From the NCBI GenBank assembly GCA_048885865.1, contig JBHLLF010000001.1, positions 1-64,000 of the forward strand: a stretch of DNA of 64,000 nt, read 5' to 3'. Made by a program: the position numbers and the translations under genes. Position 1 is the first letter of the stretch. Every line of letters begins with the position of its first letter. The notes beneath the pieces were generated by a model. That model had not been told where the DNA came from. It saw nothing but the letters and a program-made list of their open reading frames with translations, and did not search any database. This document shows positions 1-10,982 of the stretch, one piece after another. The stretch comes from Candidatus Hermodarchaeota archaeon (lineage in GTDB: Archaea; Asgardarchaeota; Thorarchaeia; Thorarchaeales; Thorarchaeaceae).

Positions 1-3000
1 CATACATGTCTTGGTCTTCAAATGCTCCTATCATGATGGTGTTCTGTCAGTTCAACAGGTTATACTTCAAGATCTATGATCCAGTGTTGAAGGAGTGGGG
101 TGCCGCTGCAGTGGTCTATAGTGGTGATTATGGGATGGGCGCAGGCAATTTCATTGACTATGAGCCATCGCTATTCCTTCACTCATCTGGAACTCTCTAC
201 CTAGTTTGGAAAGCTGACATCCATACTTCAATCACAGACAACTACAACTTCTACATATCATACTGGAATCCAGGTGGTGGCAATTGGGTAACCCCTGCAT
301 TCGTTTGGGGTAGCTACATCAACTCTCATTACCCATCTCTATTCGAGTTCGGTGATGGGACACTTGGGGTTTCATTTGTCGAAACAACTGCTCATGTGTC
401 TGGATATTTGGTTTCCTCGGCATGGAATGTTTGGCCTCCAACTGGAAATTACATCATGTTCAAGAACTGGGTCTGGTACTATGTCTACTCTCAGGACGTT
501 ATTCGTTTCCACGATGGGTCGGAATACAGATACGCCCTGGCCATATCCGGAAGAAATCGAACCCTAGCTAAGACCGATCTTGACATATTTGTTGCCACAT
601 GTAACAGCTCCTTCATTTGGAACGACAGTCCCATGTACCAGGCTACGTCCTCCTACAACAACGAGATTAATCCTGATCTTGGGGTTCTTGCAGCTCCAGA
701 GAGGTCACTTGTAGTAGTGTATGAATCAGTTGAAGCTGATATCGAAGACAGAATCCAGATGAGCTATAGCAATACGTACATGATGTGGAGACAGTCAGAG
801 CCCCTGGCTACTCTACCTCAATACATTATTCGCTATGAACTTCCTGAGGGACAGGTTGTATATAGATTCGCCTGGAGTGAGAAAGTCTACGCCCCACTTG
901 CACTCTGCCCGAGTGTTCTGGGACTCTATGGAGGCGGCTTCATGCAGACCCATACCTTCGACTTCTTCACGCGATCTGACACTGCCCTCAATACAGAAGC
1001 CACTGAGGGAGCGATTCGAGATACAGGATGGTATGAGGACAAGATCATGGTAGAGAACAATGACATCTTATGGGGAATCAATCCATCATCACGATTCACT
1101 CATTTCAACATCCGTGGTGTCGTTGACCTTGATGTCGGAGACACTGATGGCGACGGGCGTCGTGAGGTCATTGCTGGTTTCGATAACAGAGCAGGCGTAT
1201 ATGAACTGACACACTCGAATGTCGGCAATGAAGTCATGGAACATGAGGAAAACTGGCTTTCTAACTCGTTCATCTATGATGTGACTGGTGTGAGTGTCTA
1301 CGATTCGAATGGCAATGAATTCGAAGAGATTGCTGTTTCATGCGAGCGTGGCGAGGTCTACGTGTTTGAGTATGAGGATGCCAGCACTGGAAAGTCTCCA
1401 TTTCTATACAGCGAATCTCTATGGACGAGTAATCTAGGGTCGTCTGTTTGGGAGTCGTTTACCGGATTTTCACACGGAATAGTTGTGTTCGACCTTGATG
1501 GTGACGGAAAGGATGAGCTCATCCGTGGTGAAGCTCTCGGAGCGATACGAGCCTTTGACGATGACGGAACTGAGTTATGGGCTAACGAATTGTACACAGG
1601 TCAACCTCTGTGGCTTACCGTTGCGAATCTGACTCCTAGTGGACAGCCATTCGTTGCTGCCCATAGATGGGATGGAAATCTGACCATAATTGATGGAACG
1701 AATGGAGTGGATACTGCTCATATCCAGATGTCGCCCATTCTTTTTGGTTCTGTGATGTTTGGTGATGTCTTAGGTGATAATACAAGAGAACTGTTGGCAA
1801 CATCAATCTACGGCTATGTCGTGGCAATGAGGGTCGATGGCACCGTGCTTTGGAATACAAGTCTCGCTTCTGTGGATGGATTGTCTGTAGCATACGGCAA
1901 CTTCACAGGACGTTCAAACTATGATGTGGTTGTGAGCCATACAAATGGTTCAATGTCATTCCTATATGGCAACAATGGCACATTGTTCTATCACAATAAC
2001 GCATCAATGGGTGGGGACTTGATCATACCCGTTGCAGTAGACCTGAATTATGATGGAATAGACGAGGTCGTCGTGGCAAAGGACCATGTCTGGGTTGTCG
2101 ATCCGCGAAATCAGTCAATCTTCTACAACTCTACATTCTATCCAGATGGAGATCCCGATCCTCCAAATGAGCTAATTGGGTGGTTATGGGCTGAAGACGT
2201 AGACGATGACTCCACGCCTGAGTTCATCTATGCAACAGGGGACGGTGTCTATATGGAGGAGTTCACATCGGGAAGGGCAGTATGGTCCTACAAACCTGAT
2301 GTTGGTCTTATCACCGATGCAATGTTGGGATCATTCATTGACGGTCGCCTAGGCCTTGGAATATGCACCGATGAAGGCGCATTGATAGTTGTTGATGCAC
2401 TTACTGGTAATCCGCTATTCTTTGACCTTAGCAGTATGGACTACAATGAGGTCGCTGTGGGTGACTTTGATGGCGACGAACTCGACGAACTTGCTGGCTC
2501 TCATTCGACCAATGGTGAGATATTGGCGATAAATGAGGTCGTGCCAATTGTGCCAACCAGACCTGTGCATACAAACTACTATTGGACAGAATACTGGAAC
2601 GTGACAAGCACAGTTCCGGGTATATACGAAATGGATGGGGTATGGACTCATGACATCGATAACGATGCAATTGATGAATTTGTCCTCTGTCGTAGTGATG
2701 GAGTCATTGAGCTCTATGATCCAGTAGTTCCAACACTGGAGTGGCAAGTGGATATCAATGCCTCTGTTTATGACCTGCAGTTTGAAGATTTCAATCTAGA
2801 TGGTGTTAAAGATCTACTACTTCTAGCGGTTGATAACATGAATGGATGGGACATTTACTATGGTCTTGATGGTACTTCAGGCGCGTTCTTGCCTGGAATG
2901 CAGATAACCGGAGGTGCTGCCATAAAGCTTCCATTGCTGGGCATTGGTCAGTTTGATATTGGAACTGCTGCACCAGAATTTGCTTTGTTTGTTACTGATT

Positions 3001-3923
3001 CCGATAATGTAACCGGAATTGTGTTCTACGACAACACTGGTAGTTGGTACGCAGTGACAACTGTTCTTGCAGATGATTTCTGGCCTATCAAGGCTGTAGT
3101 TGGACACTTCAACAACACTTTCGACAATGATGAAGACATAGCTGCAATAGGCCTTACAAGTGATGGTAGAGGATCCACGTGGATCTGGCATGGGGACGGA
3201 GTCTGGGATTGGAATTCCACAAACGTTGCAGGTATAACTGTGGTAGACATTGCCACTGGTAATCTCGATAATGCAAACGAGCAAGACCTAATCAGTGTCT
3301 ATAGATACGACATTCCAAACTTCGGAGTCTACGATTTCGTCCTGGCATGGGAGCCATGGAATACTACCGGGGCATTCTGGGGCAAGCTGTTCAATACCAA
3401 AGTGCATGAGGCAAAGGCAGTCAACTTCGACTTCACCAGCCCAGATGAGGTTGCGGTCAATGTTGAAGGTGAAGGCATCATAGTGTATGCAGGCTCGCAC
3501 GATGCAGAGCTTTGGAGGTATAATTGTCCGTCTGCTCTGCCAAACTTCTTCTCCTTTGATGACATTGATGGTGATGGCGACATGGACATGGCAGTGCTAA
3601 TGGACACGAGGATTGCACTCATCGATTGCAGCTCAAGTGAGCCATTTGCTGTATACTACGGAGAGTATTCGATGTCATCTTTAGCAGTAGGCAATTTTGA
3701 TGACCAAGATGGTTTCGACTTAATCACCTATTCGGGCAGGACTGTCTACTGCCTCACAGACGGAACGATACCCCCATTTGCTGCAGCGCTTGAAAATCTG
3801 TTTGCGGAGGCTATACTTGAGGCTACTATACTGGTATGCATCATAAGCATTCCATTGATTTTCGCGTTTAGTCCACCTGTTAGACTAGTGCTGGCAAAGC
3901 GCAAGAGAAAGGAGCTTGGATGA
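1..3923 (+). CDS. Large FG-GAP/VCBS-repeat beta-propeller surface protein with C-terminal TM anchor (5'-truncated by the window)
   Basis: Many DxDGDG/GDFDGDE/GNFDDQDG Ca-binding FG-GAP-like motifs; hydrophobic C-terminal helix followed by KRKRK; frame open to the window edge and no signal peptide seen. Confidence 0.8.
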   Translation, partial: YMSWSSNAPIMMVFCQFNRLYFKIYDPVLKEWGAAAVVYSGDYGMGAGNFIDYEPSLFLHSSGTLYLVWKADIHTSITDNYNFYISYWNPGGGNWVTPAFVWGSYINSHYPSLFEFGDGTLGVSFVETTAHVSGYLVSSAWNVWPPTGNYIMFKNWVWYYVYSQDVIRFHDGSEYRYALAISGRNRTLAKTDLDIFVATCNSSFIWNDSPMYQATSSYNNEINPDLGVLAAPERSLVVVYESVEADIEDRIQMSYSNTYMMWRQSEPLATLPQYIIRYELPEGQVVYRFAWSEKVYAPLALCPSVLGLYGGGFMQTHTFDFFTRSDTALNTEATEGAIRDTGWYEDKIMVENNDILWGINPSSRFTHFNIRGVVDLDVGDTDGDGRREVIAGFDNRAGVYELTHSNVGNEVMEHEENWLSNSFIYDVTGVSVYDSNGNEFEEIAVSCERGEVYVFEYEDASTGKSPFLYSESLWTSNLGSSVWESFTGFSHGIVVFDLDGDGKDELIRGEALGAIRAFDDDGTELWANELYTGQPLWLTVANLTPSGQPFVAAHRWDGNLTIIDGTNGVDTAHIQMSPILFGSVMFGDVLGDNTRELLATSIYGYVVAMRVDGTVLWNTSLASVDGLSVAYGNFTGRSNYDVVVSHTNGSMSFLYGNNGTLFYHNNASMGGDLIIPVAVDLNYDGIDEVVVAKDHVWVVDPRNQSIFYNSTFYPDGDPDPPNELIGWLWAEDVDDDSTPEFIYATGDGVYMEEFTSGRAVWSYKPDVGLITDAMLGSFIDGRLGLGICTDEGALIVVDALTGNPLFFDLSSMDYNEVAVGDFDGDELDELAGSHSTNGEILAINEVVPIVPTRPVHTNYYWTEYWNVTSTVPGIYEMDGVWTHDIDNDAIDEFVLCRSDGVIELYDPVVPTLEWQVDINASVYDLQFEDFNLDGVKDLLLLAVDNMNGWDIYYGLDGTSGAFLPGMQITGGAAIKLPLLGIGQFDIGTAAPEFALFVTDSDNVTGIVFYDNTGSWYAVTTVLADDFWPIKAVVGHFNNTFDNDEDIAAIGLTSDGRGSTWIWHGDGVWDWNSTNVAGITVVDIATGNLDNANEQDLISVYRYDIPNFGVYDFVLAWEPWNTTGAFWGKLFNTKVHEAKAVNFDFTSPDEVAVNVEGEGIIVYAGSHDAELWRYNCPSALPNFFSFDDIDGDGDMDMAVLMDTRIALIDCSSSEPFAVYYGEYSMSSLAVGNFDDQDGFDLITYSGRTVYCLTDGTIPPFAAALENLFAEAILEATILVCIISIPLIFAFSPPVRLVLAKRKRKELG

Positions 3924-3974
3924 ATCTGTGCCTGGGGAATTGGCCTCTATCATGAGGCCAACTCTCACTTTCTT

Positions 3975-4658
3975 TCACCCGACTGATTCACCAAATCGAA
4001 GGAGTTCTGACTTAGCTTTTTCGTTGCCAGGATCGACAACAAGAGCCGCTTTAAAGAATCGGATAGCATCCTCCTCTTTGCCTAGCTCCTCCAGGCAAAT
4101 ACCTGAATTGATTAATGGGAATGGGTCTCTGGGGCTATAATCAGATGCTTTTCTATAATAGACCAGTGCGTTGTCATAGTCTTCCTTCATATGATAGCAG
4201 ACACCAATGTTGTTCCATATCTGTGGGTAATCTGGCTCGAGTTTTGCTGCTTTCCTATAGTACTTGATGGCATCATCATACTTCTCCATCTTCCGTAGCA
4301 CATTGGCAAGATTGAACCAGGGCTCGGTATATTCAGGATCGGTTCGGCAAGCCTGCATGTAGCATTCTGCCGCCTCTTTGAGCTTTCCAGCTGCTTCCAG
4401 AGCCTGACCCTTGTTGTTGTTTGCATACTTGTGTTTCGGGTCCATCTCCAAAGCCATGTTACAGCTGTGGACTGCTTCAAGATATCTTCCAAGAGCGATA
4501 AGACATGCACCATGGTTGTTCCAACCCATAGGATCGCCCGGGCATATTGTGGTGTATCTATTGTAACAGGTTAGCGCCTCTTGGAATTCCTGTTTTTCAA
4601 ACAAGCTATTGCATTCTCGGAAGACTGCCTCACATGACTCAGTCCTCTCATATGGCAA
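3975..4658 (-). CDS. Tetratricopeptide repeat protein
   Basis: About 6 tandem 34-aa repeats (WNNHG, WFNLA, WNNIG; A..Y..A...P). Confidence 0.9.
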   Translation of the reverse strand: MPYERTESCEAVFRECNSLFEKQEFQEALTCYNRYTTICPGDPMGWNNHGACLIALGRYLEAVHSCNMALEMDPKHKYANNNKGQALEAAGKLKEAAECYMQACRTDPEYTEPWFNLANVLRKMEKYDDAIKYYRKAAKLEPDYPQIWNNIGVCYHMKEDYDNALVYYRKASDYSPRDPFPLINSGICLEELGKEEDAIRFFKAALVVDPGNEKAKSELLRFGESVG

Positions 4659-4879
4659 ACACTCTCACCTCAATCGAGTCTTATTTTGACAACGGCGTAT
4701 TTGTACATTCCCCTATTTGTCCCCATTAACCTGCATGTCAGGCTATGCTGCCGCACAAGTCCTCACCATAGGTGCTTCTGGTGTTGTCTTGTGCCTAGAC
4801 TTGCTAAAATCTCATATCGCAACCTTGAAATTCCAGTCCAGCAACTATTATATACTACTATACCGTATTATACATGCAA

Positions 4880-5180
4880 TGCTTAGAGTGCGCCACGACG
4901 AACACGTATTTTAAGTGGGGGTTGGGGCGCAGACCAAAACCTTAATGCGGTTACGTGACAAGTTAGGGTGGAGCCACCATACTGTTTATGTAACACATTA
5001 TGGCTGACTCTATAGCAAGGGCGCAGCACAACTGATGTGGGTCGGTCTCGGATTCTGGCGTGCGATCCGGACCTCGCATATTGCTCCAAAATGAGCTCTA
5101 TGGAACGTGACGCACAAATCATTAGGTGGTGGCGCGGCAAGCGTTACGTTGCCCATTTGGGCTGTGCCCACCTCATTCTT
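4880..5180 (+). ncRNA. Candidate structured non-coding RNA of unknown family
   Basis: Long-range helix 4925-4938:5156-5169, nested helices, crossing helix 4890-4896:5129-5135; G-U pairs favour the + strand; TATA-like ttatata at 4848-4854; no convincing ORF. Confidence 0.55.
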
Positions 5181-5256
5181 CTTATTGAGTAGAACAGAAT
5201 GCTAGCTCTTATTAGGGCGACCTATGATTAGGCAAGACAACTAGGGGGTTGGGTTT

Positions 5257-6603
5257 ATGGATGATGATATGAACGGTGTTCTTCCTTCCGAGTCAGAGAA
5301 GCTGATTGAAGAGGCAAAGACAGCGCTGTCGCGCGATCAGTATGCTGTCGCCTACAAGAAAGCTGAGGAGGCAATAGAGATTGAACCTAGTTCGGCAGTT
5401 GCTTGGAAAATCCTTGCACAGGTTGAGGTAGGTCGGAAGAATCTCAATGCAGCGATTAAGGCGTTCAAGAAATCTGTTGAACTGGACTCCGATGACTGGG
5501 AGAATTGGAATAACCTCGGTGCATTATTACTGCATGATGGAAAATCTCAAGAAGCGAAAGGTGCACTTGAAAAAGCTGCGCGACTCAATCCGGGAGATAC
5601 TGGCGTCACAAACAATCTTTCCTTTCTCTATGAAAAACTAGGTGAATTAGATAAAGCTGAGAAATTACATCAGGAACTGGTTGAGAGGCGTCCTATGGAA
5701 TGGACCGCATGGAGCAACATGGGTGCCTTTTTGATGAAAGTTGGAAGATATGACGAATCTGAGAGTGCCTTAAGAAAAGCTATTGAACTAGGCCCCAAGG
5801 AAGACAGTCCTAGAACGAATCTTGGGTCATTGCAGTATCTTCGAGGCGATACAAGAGGAGCGATTGAAACCCTTACTGCAGCAGCAAAGCTGAACCCGAA
5901 GAGTCAATCAGCAATCTTGCAGCTTGCCAAAGTCTTGGCCGAAATGCGGAGACTCACTGAAGCTGAGAAGCTTTTAACGAGGGCTGAAGAACTTGGCCCT
6001 GTGGATCCAGAATTCAAGTTTTATGTAAGGATGGCTCTTGGACAGCTAATTATGCAGGAAGAGCAGCTGCGAAAGAAAACGAAGCGCCATAGCGAATCAT
6101 CAACTCCATGGATTGAATTGGGATGGAATCTTGTTCAGCAAGGGAAGCTAAAGGATGCTGAAAAGATTCTGAAGAAAGCCACGAAGAAGGTTCCACCGAG
6201 TGCGGCTGCTTGGTATTATCTCGCAGGAACTCAGAGTGAGATGGACAAGTTGAAGGAGTCGGTAATTTCTTTTCGCAAGTCACTAGAGCTTGATCCTTCC
6301 TTGAATCAAGCACGATTCGAATGCGCCAAGGTTCTTACTCGTATGAAGGACGATGAACAAGCGGTGACTCTTCTTCAGGAGGCAGTGAAGGTTCAACCAG
6401 ACTGGGCTGATGCATGGGGATTGTTGGGGACCACACTAGGTGCTCTGGAAAAGTATCAGGATGCACTTGAAGCCTTTGAGAGGCTAAGCAAATTGACGCC
6501 TGATGATCCATTTGTCTGGAATATGATTTCACTCTCTTATGAGAAGCTTGGGAAGACCAATGAAGCCAAAGAGGCTTCTGCGAAAGCGAGGAAATTGAGA
6601 TAG
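5257..6603 (+). CDS. Tetratricopeptide repeat protein
   Basis: About 12 TPR units (WNNLG, WSNMG, WYYLA, WGLLG). Confidence 0.9.
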   Translation: MDDDMNGVLPSESEKLIEEAKTALSRDQYAVAYKKAEEAIEIEPSSAVAWKILAQVEVGRKNLNAAIKAFKKSVELDSDDWENWNNLGALLLHDGKSQEAKGALEKAARLNPGDTGVTNNLSFLYEKLGELDKAEKLHQELVERRPMEWTAWSNMGAFLMKVGRYDESESALRKAIELGPKEDSPRTNLGSLQYLRGDTRGAIETLTAAAKLNPKSQSAILQLAKVLAEMRRLTEAEKLLTRAEELGPVDPEFKFYVRMALGQLIMQEEQLRKKTKRHSESSTPWIELGWNLVQQGKLKDAEKILKKATKKVPPSAAAWYYLAGTQSEMDKLKESVISFRKSLELDPSLNQARFECAKVLTRMKDDEQAVTLLQEAVKVQPDWADAWGLLGTTLGALEKYQDALEAFERLSKLTPDDPFVWNMISLSYEKLGKTNEAKEASAKARKLR

Positions 6604-6828
6604 TTGATTGGATTTCTCAGCTATGCCCAGCAAAGCAAATCAGGAGAGTAGGCATTATTGGTGTAAGGGACGCTTATCCCAATCTGAAGAATGCAATTGA
6701 TGGATGGCAGCAGCGATTTGCTGAAGAATCAGAAGAATGCAAGTACGTTTCAATATCGCGGAACTAGCCTTCCAGATCTTGGATTCTCTGCATCCATACA
6801 TTGATGGAAGTGCTTTTGTATAGGCTAT

Positions 6829-7947
6829 GTGTCAGCGATTGTTAATGGAGGAGAGATTGCATTGGAAGATGATGTATACAGAGCCCTTCAAGAACACCTG
6901 GATAGAACACCTATGGGATTTCCTCCGGCTGAATCTGGTGCTGACATCCGACTTCTGAAGTGTCTATTTACCCCGGAGGAGGCACGAATTGCCACCTATC
7001 TGACCTACTCAACCTACGCCGTTGACGACTTGGACACAATCTATCGCAGAATGGAACCTGCTGAGACTTCAATCGAGGACCTTGAGATGGTCTTGGATGG
7101 GATGGCAAGTAAGGGACTTCTACACTTCAAGTCCGAAGGAGGAAAGAAGTTCTACAACAATGCAAATTGGGTTGTTGGCATTTACGAGTTTCAGGTCAAT
7201 AGACTGTCAAAGGAACTCCTCCAGGCAGTTGGAGAATACAACGCCGAAGCATATAGCAAGGCATTCTTCAGTGCGCAGCCAACACAGCTAAGAGTGATTC
7301 CTGTACAGAAGAGCTTTACGCCTGAGAGCCCCGTGGCTCAGTATGACGATGTACGAAAGCTCATTGAGGGCGCAGATGGGCCGTTCATGGTCACTAATTG
7401 TATCTGTAGACAATCGCATGCACTCAGAGATGATCCATGCAAGGTCACTCAGAGAGAGGAAACATGTATTGGTGCTGGTCCGTTTGCTAAAATGTATCTC
7501 AGCTTGGGATGGGGACGGGAGATATCCAAGGAAGAGTTGGTTCAGATTATCGATCAGAATGAACAAGAAGGTCTTGTGCTTCAACCCAGTAACTCAGAGA
7601 AGATGGATTTCATGTGTAGCTGCTGTGGATGCTGCTGTGGACTCCTACGCGGCAAAGGGGCTATGCCAAAACCCATAGAATTCTTCACAACCAACTTCTA
7701 TTCGGATGTAGACCATGACCTCTGTTCTCAATGTGGAACCTGTGTTGATCTTTGTCAGATGAAGGCACTGAGCTTCCAAGATGACTTGTTGATGGTCAAC
7801 CTCGACAGATGCATTGGGTGCGGTGTCTGTGTCGCAAACTGCCCAGAAGGAGCCATCACTCTAGTAAAGCGTGATATGGAATTAAAACCACCAGAAAGCA
7901 TGGAAGACACTTACATGAGAATCATGAATAATAGAGCCGGCATATAG
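6829..7947 (+). CDS. 4Fe-4S dicluster-binding protein with Cys-rich central domain
   Basis: CSQCGTC..C and CIGCGVC..CP ferredoxin motifs; CICR, CSCCGCCC. Confidence 0.85.
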   Translation: MSAIVNGGEIALEDDVYRALQEHLDRTPMGFPPAESGADIRLLKCLFTPEEARIATYLTYSTYAVDDLDTIYRRMEPAETSIEDLEMVLDGMASKGLLHFKSEGGKKFYNNANWVVGIYEFQVNRLSKELLQAVGEYNAEAYSKAFFSAQPTQLRVIPVQKSFTPESPVAQYDDVRKLIEGADGPFMVTNCICRQSHALRDDPCKVTQREETCIGAGPFAKMYLSLGWGREISKEELVQIIDQNEQEGLVLQPSNSEKMDFMCSCCGCCCGLLRGKGAMPKPIEFFTTNFYSDVDHDLCSQCGTCVDLCQMKALSFQDDLLMVNLDRCIGCGVCVANCPEGAITLVKRDMELKPPESMEDTYMRIMNNRAGI

Positions 7948-8190
7948 AGGCCCTCTTCAGATGCTTTGGAGCCGTTCAATAGATGCAGGATTATGATTGA
8001 ATCATCCTCCTTATATCCACAGATTGCTTTCCAAGACCTGAGAATCACAGAGAGTTCCTATGATTGGCTTCTTAAGAGCTGTTCTCGGAACTGATAACTT
8101 AAGCAGCAACTTTATATCGCATTCGATATCATATCCGATATTAGATGCCAGCTTGGCAGTAGTTAAGAAGCTACTCGGAGGTCTGAAGGC

Positions 8191-10980
8191 TTGTTTCGAT
8201 ATGCGTTCAAGAGAGTTATCAGAGGATATCGCCTCTTCATTGCGCTTACTATCGGGGTTCTGGTTGCGACTACTTTCTTCTCTGCGATGGTGGTGGCCGC
8301 TGATGTAAACTCCCGAATTGCCCTAATGAACAGTCTTGACAACGTTGACTACGATCTGCGAGTGGAAGCGAACAATGTAACTTGGACTAACGCCGAAATG
8401 CTGGAGTTGAGGACTGAGCTGGAAAATCTACCTGAAATGAAATCTGCAGATGTTTACTCAAAATTACGATATACCTACAACCTGACCACCAGGAATTCAT
8501 ACAATATTATTGGAATGGATATTTCAAGCACTGCGTGGTCTAGCATTGAATACATCAATGGATCCACAACTCTAGGCATAAATGAAACCTATGTCATTGC
8601 GAGCTCAGTAAACGCTTCCGCATTATCTCTTGGTGAGATTCTTCAAGTGCCTGTGACAGTGAGGACTACAGAGTTCCCCTATATTGAAACACTTACCATC
8701 AATCTCACTGTTGCTGGATTCGTTGATATCCCTGAACGTACTGCACGCCTCCTAAATCCTCCAACAACCATTAGCTTCGGCTTTATTCAGTTTCAGTTGG
8801 GTGACTGGCGCGACTATAATCTCCTTCTCGTCGATTGGGCATCTACAGTATCTCCACTTCTAGATTGGTATTCTGCTAACGAGAATGCTACAGGAATTAT
8901 GATGACTACTGGTTTTGCGTGTCAACTCGATCGTGATATCGTCATTAATCCCTACGATATCGGGAGTTCATCCTCAACAATTGACAACATTGTTTCCAGA
9001 ATAGAGGACAGAACTGCGCTCTTCAACACTGATGTTACCAACCTTGTTGGTTCAACCCTCGCAACAATTACATTACTGTCCACAATAATGATAGTCGCAT
9101 TTGTGAGCCTGGCTGCCCCTATCATCTTCATGAGTTGGTATTCCTCAACAATGCTGAGTGACGTAAGTTATAATCTGCGGCGTCGTGAATTTGGATTGCT
9201 TTCAACGAAGGGATTAGGGCCTCGAACTATAAAGAGGATGCTTGTTTTTGAGGCACTAATAATAGGCTTGATTGGCGGAATTGTGGGTCTTTTCCTCGGC
9301 ACAGTATTGGGTCATCTTGTTGTAGATGTTGCTATCGAAAATCTCCCTTTGGCAATGATAGGTAATCCTATGACATCCATTTTTGTGGTTGTTTTCGCTC
9401 TTATTCTCTCCTACTGGGCAATACGGGGACCTGCGAATCGCGCTTCCAAGCTTGATCCTCTTGACGCCCTTAAGCAGTATGTATACATTGAAGAGCAAAG
9501 AGAATACAAAAGGCTGCTGCCAACAATAGCACTTATCCTTGGAACATACAAAATTATCGCATGGATTCTAGGATTGAACATGCAGAGCTTAATCACAGGA
9601 GCGCTCTCAACGAATTTCATTCTCCTGATTCTCACCGCACTGCTAACTCCCATAGATGCTTTCCTGAACTATACGGGCCCCATACTCTTCCTCTACGGAG
9701 TCACAAAGATTCTCTTGAGAGGATCGCAGAAATTTCAGGAAGGCATTGTTCAAGCAGGAAGCCGTTTCTTTGGGGCTTTTGGAAGACTGGCAACCAGGAA
9801 TGTAAAACGTAATCCTGCCAGGAACGCGGCTCTGGTATTTGTGGTCGCTCTGATTGTTTCCTATGGCATCTTCAGTGTTGGCGGGCTTTTCTCTGAGGCA
9901 GATCGTGTGTGGCGCACTGCAAAATATGATGTTGGATCCGACGTCAGTGTGACATTTAATGCTGGAGCAAATCTATCAGATACCCTTGATGAAATATCTG
10001 GGCTCGAGGGTGTGGAAGCTATAACCTTGGAGTATCATCTTACGATGAGCAGCACGAGAGGTAGCTTGGAAGTGAGAGGCATATCTCCAGAAAACTGGAC
10101 TGACGCGGCATTCTACGAGACTATCTGGTTTAGTGGTCCTAGTCTTGATGAGGTTTTCTCGAACTTCACTGGAAACAAGATTTTGCTCTCAGTATCCGTC
10201 GCTAGACAACTGGAACTGAGGATTGGAAACTATGTTACACTTAGAGGTACAAGTGCCAGCGACATTCATAGATTGGAAATCATTGGCTTGGTTGGTTTTG
10301 TGAGCCCAATTGAGCAGTTCATAGGCGACATAGGTGGGCCAATTGGACAATTCGCATTTGGAGGCACTTATCCTTCCTTCGTTCCCCGCGACTTCCTTAA
10401 CTCAACTGGTCTTGTCGAGTATGCAGAAGGTCATGTTCTAATCAAAACGGAAGAAAACGTAAATGGAACAACCCTTGAGGAGGAAATCTTCGCAAGCTTT
10501 GAGGATGTCAAAAATACTGATTCAGTGACATCGAACTTGAAAGCCCTTGAAGCGAATACTTTCCAGGCTGGAGGTACTAGGGCTCGATGGGTTGGTATCG
10601 CTTTTGCTGTAGTGCTCGCGATTGTAGGCACAGCATTAGTTGTGGGATTGACTCTTAGGGAGAAGGAATACGAAACAACACTGCTCAGGGTTCGGGGGTT
10701 CACTCGTGGACAAGTGTTGAAGGTCCTAATTGCTGAGATCATGGTGATGATTGTTTTCTCGCTCATTCTGGGTGTGGGAACAGGCTTAATCCAGCTGTTC
10801 GGAGACCTATCGAATCAAAGTCAGAATCTGCAGGCGCTAGTCCGACCGGTTGTGATTCTATCAGGTCCTGCCCTCCTAGGAATGATAGGAATGGTTGCTG
10901 CTGTTCTGGCTGCAGCTCTGATTCCAATTGGATTGACATCTAGGTTTACAGAAGGAAAGGTTGACATACTCAGAGAATAG
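8191..10980 (+). CDS. FtsX/MacB-like ABC transporter permease (duplicated)
   Basis: Two RRREFGLL..G / REKEY..LRVRG FtsX motifs, multiple TMs, large extracellular loops; TTG start after ggaggt. Confidence 0.9.
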   Translation: MFRYAFKRVIRGYRLFIALTIGVLVATTFFSAMVVAADVNSRIALMNSLDNVDYDLRVEANNVTWTNAEMLELRTELENLPEMKSADVYSKLRYTYNLTTRNSYNIIGMDISSTAWSSIEYINGSTTLGINETYVIASSVNASALSLGEILQVPVTVRTTEFPYIETLTINLTVAGFVDIPERTARLLNPPTTISFGFIQFQLGDWRDYNLLLVDWASTVSPLLDWYSANENATGIMMTTGFACQLDRDIVINPYDIGSSSSTIDNIVSRIEDRTALFNTDVTNLVGSTLATITLLSTIMIVAFVSLAAPIIFMSWYSSTMLSDVSYNLRRREFGLLSTKGLGPRTIKRMLVFEALIIGLIGGIVGLFLGTVLGHLVVDVAIENLPLAMIGNPMTSIFVVVFALILSYWAIRGPANRASKLDPLDALKQYVYIEEQREYKRLLPTIALILGTYKIIAWILGLNMQSLITGALSTNFILLILTALLTPIDAFLNYTGPILFLYGVTKILLRGSQKFQEGIVQAGSRFFGAFGRLATRNVKRNPARNAALVFVVALIVSYGIFSVGGLFSEADRVWRTAKYDVGSDVSVTFNAGANLSDTLDEISGLEGVEAITLEYHLTMSSTRGSLEVRGISPENWTDAAFYETIWFSGPSLDEVFSNFTGNKILLSVSVARQLELRIGNYVTLRGTSASDIHRLEIIGLVGFVSPIEQFIGDIGGPIGQFAFGGTYPSFVPRDFLNSTGLVEYAEGHVLIKTEENVNGTTLEEEIFASFEDVKNTDSVTSNLKALEANTFQAGGTRARWVGIAFAVVLAIVGTALVVGLTLREKEYETTLLRVRGFTRGQVLKVLIAEIMVMIVFSLILGVGTGLIQLFGDLSNQSQNLQALVRPVVILSGPALLGMIGMVAAVLAAALIPIGLTSRFTEGKVDILRE

Positions 10981-10982
10981 AG

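Noticed and set aside
4880-5215. SRP RNA or RNase P RNA
   Set aside because: No SRP helix-8 motif and no RNase P CR-I; acagaa..gct near 5192 is only a partial CR-V look-alike. Kept as an unknown ncRNA
6604-6828. Possible small ORF or gene remnant
   Set aside because: No convincing start or recognisable motif
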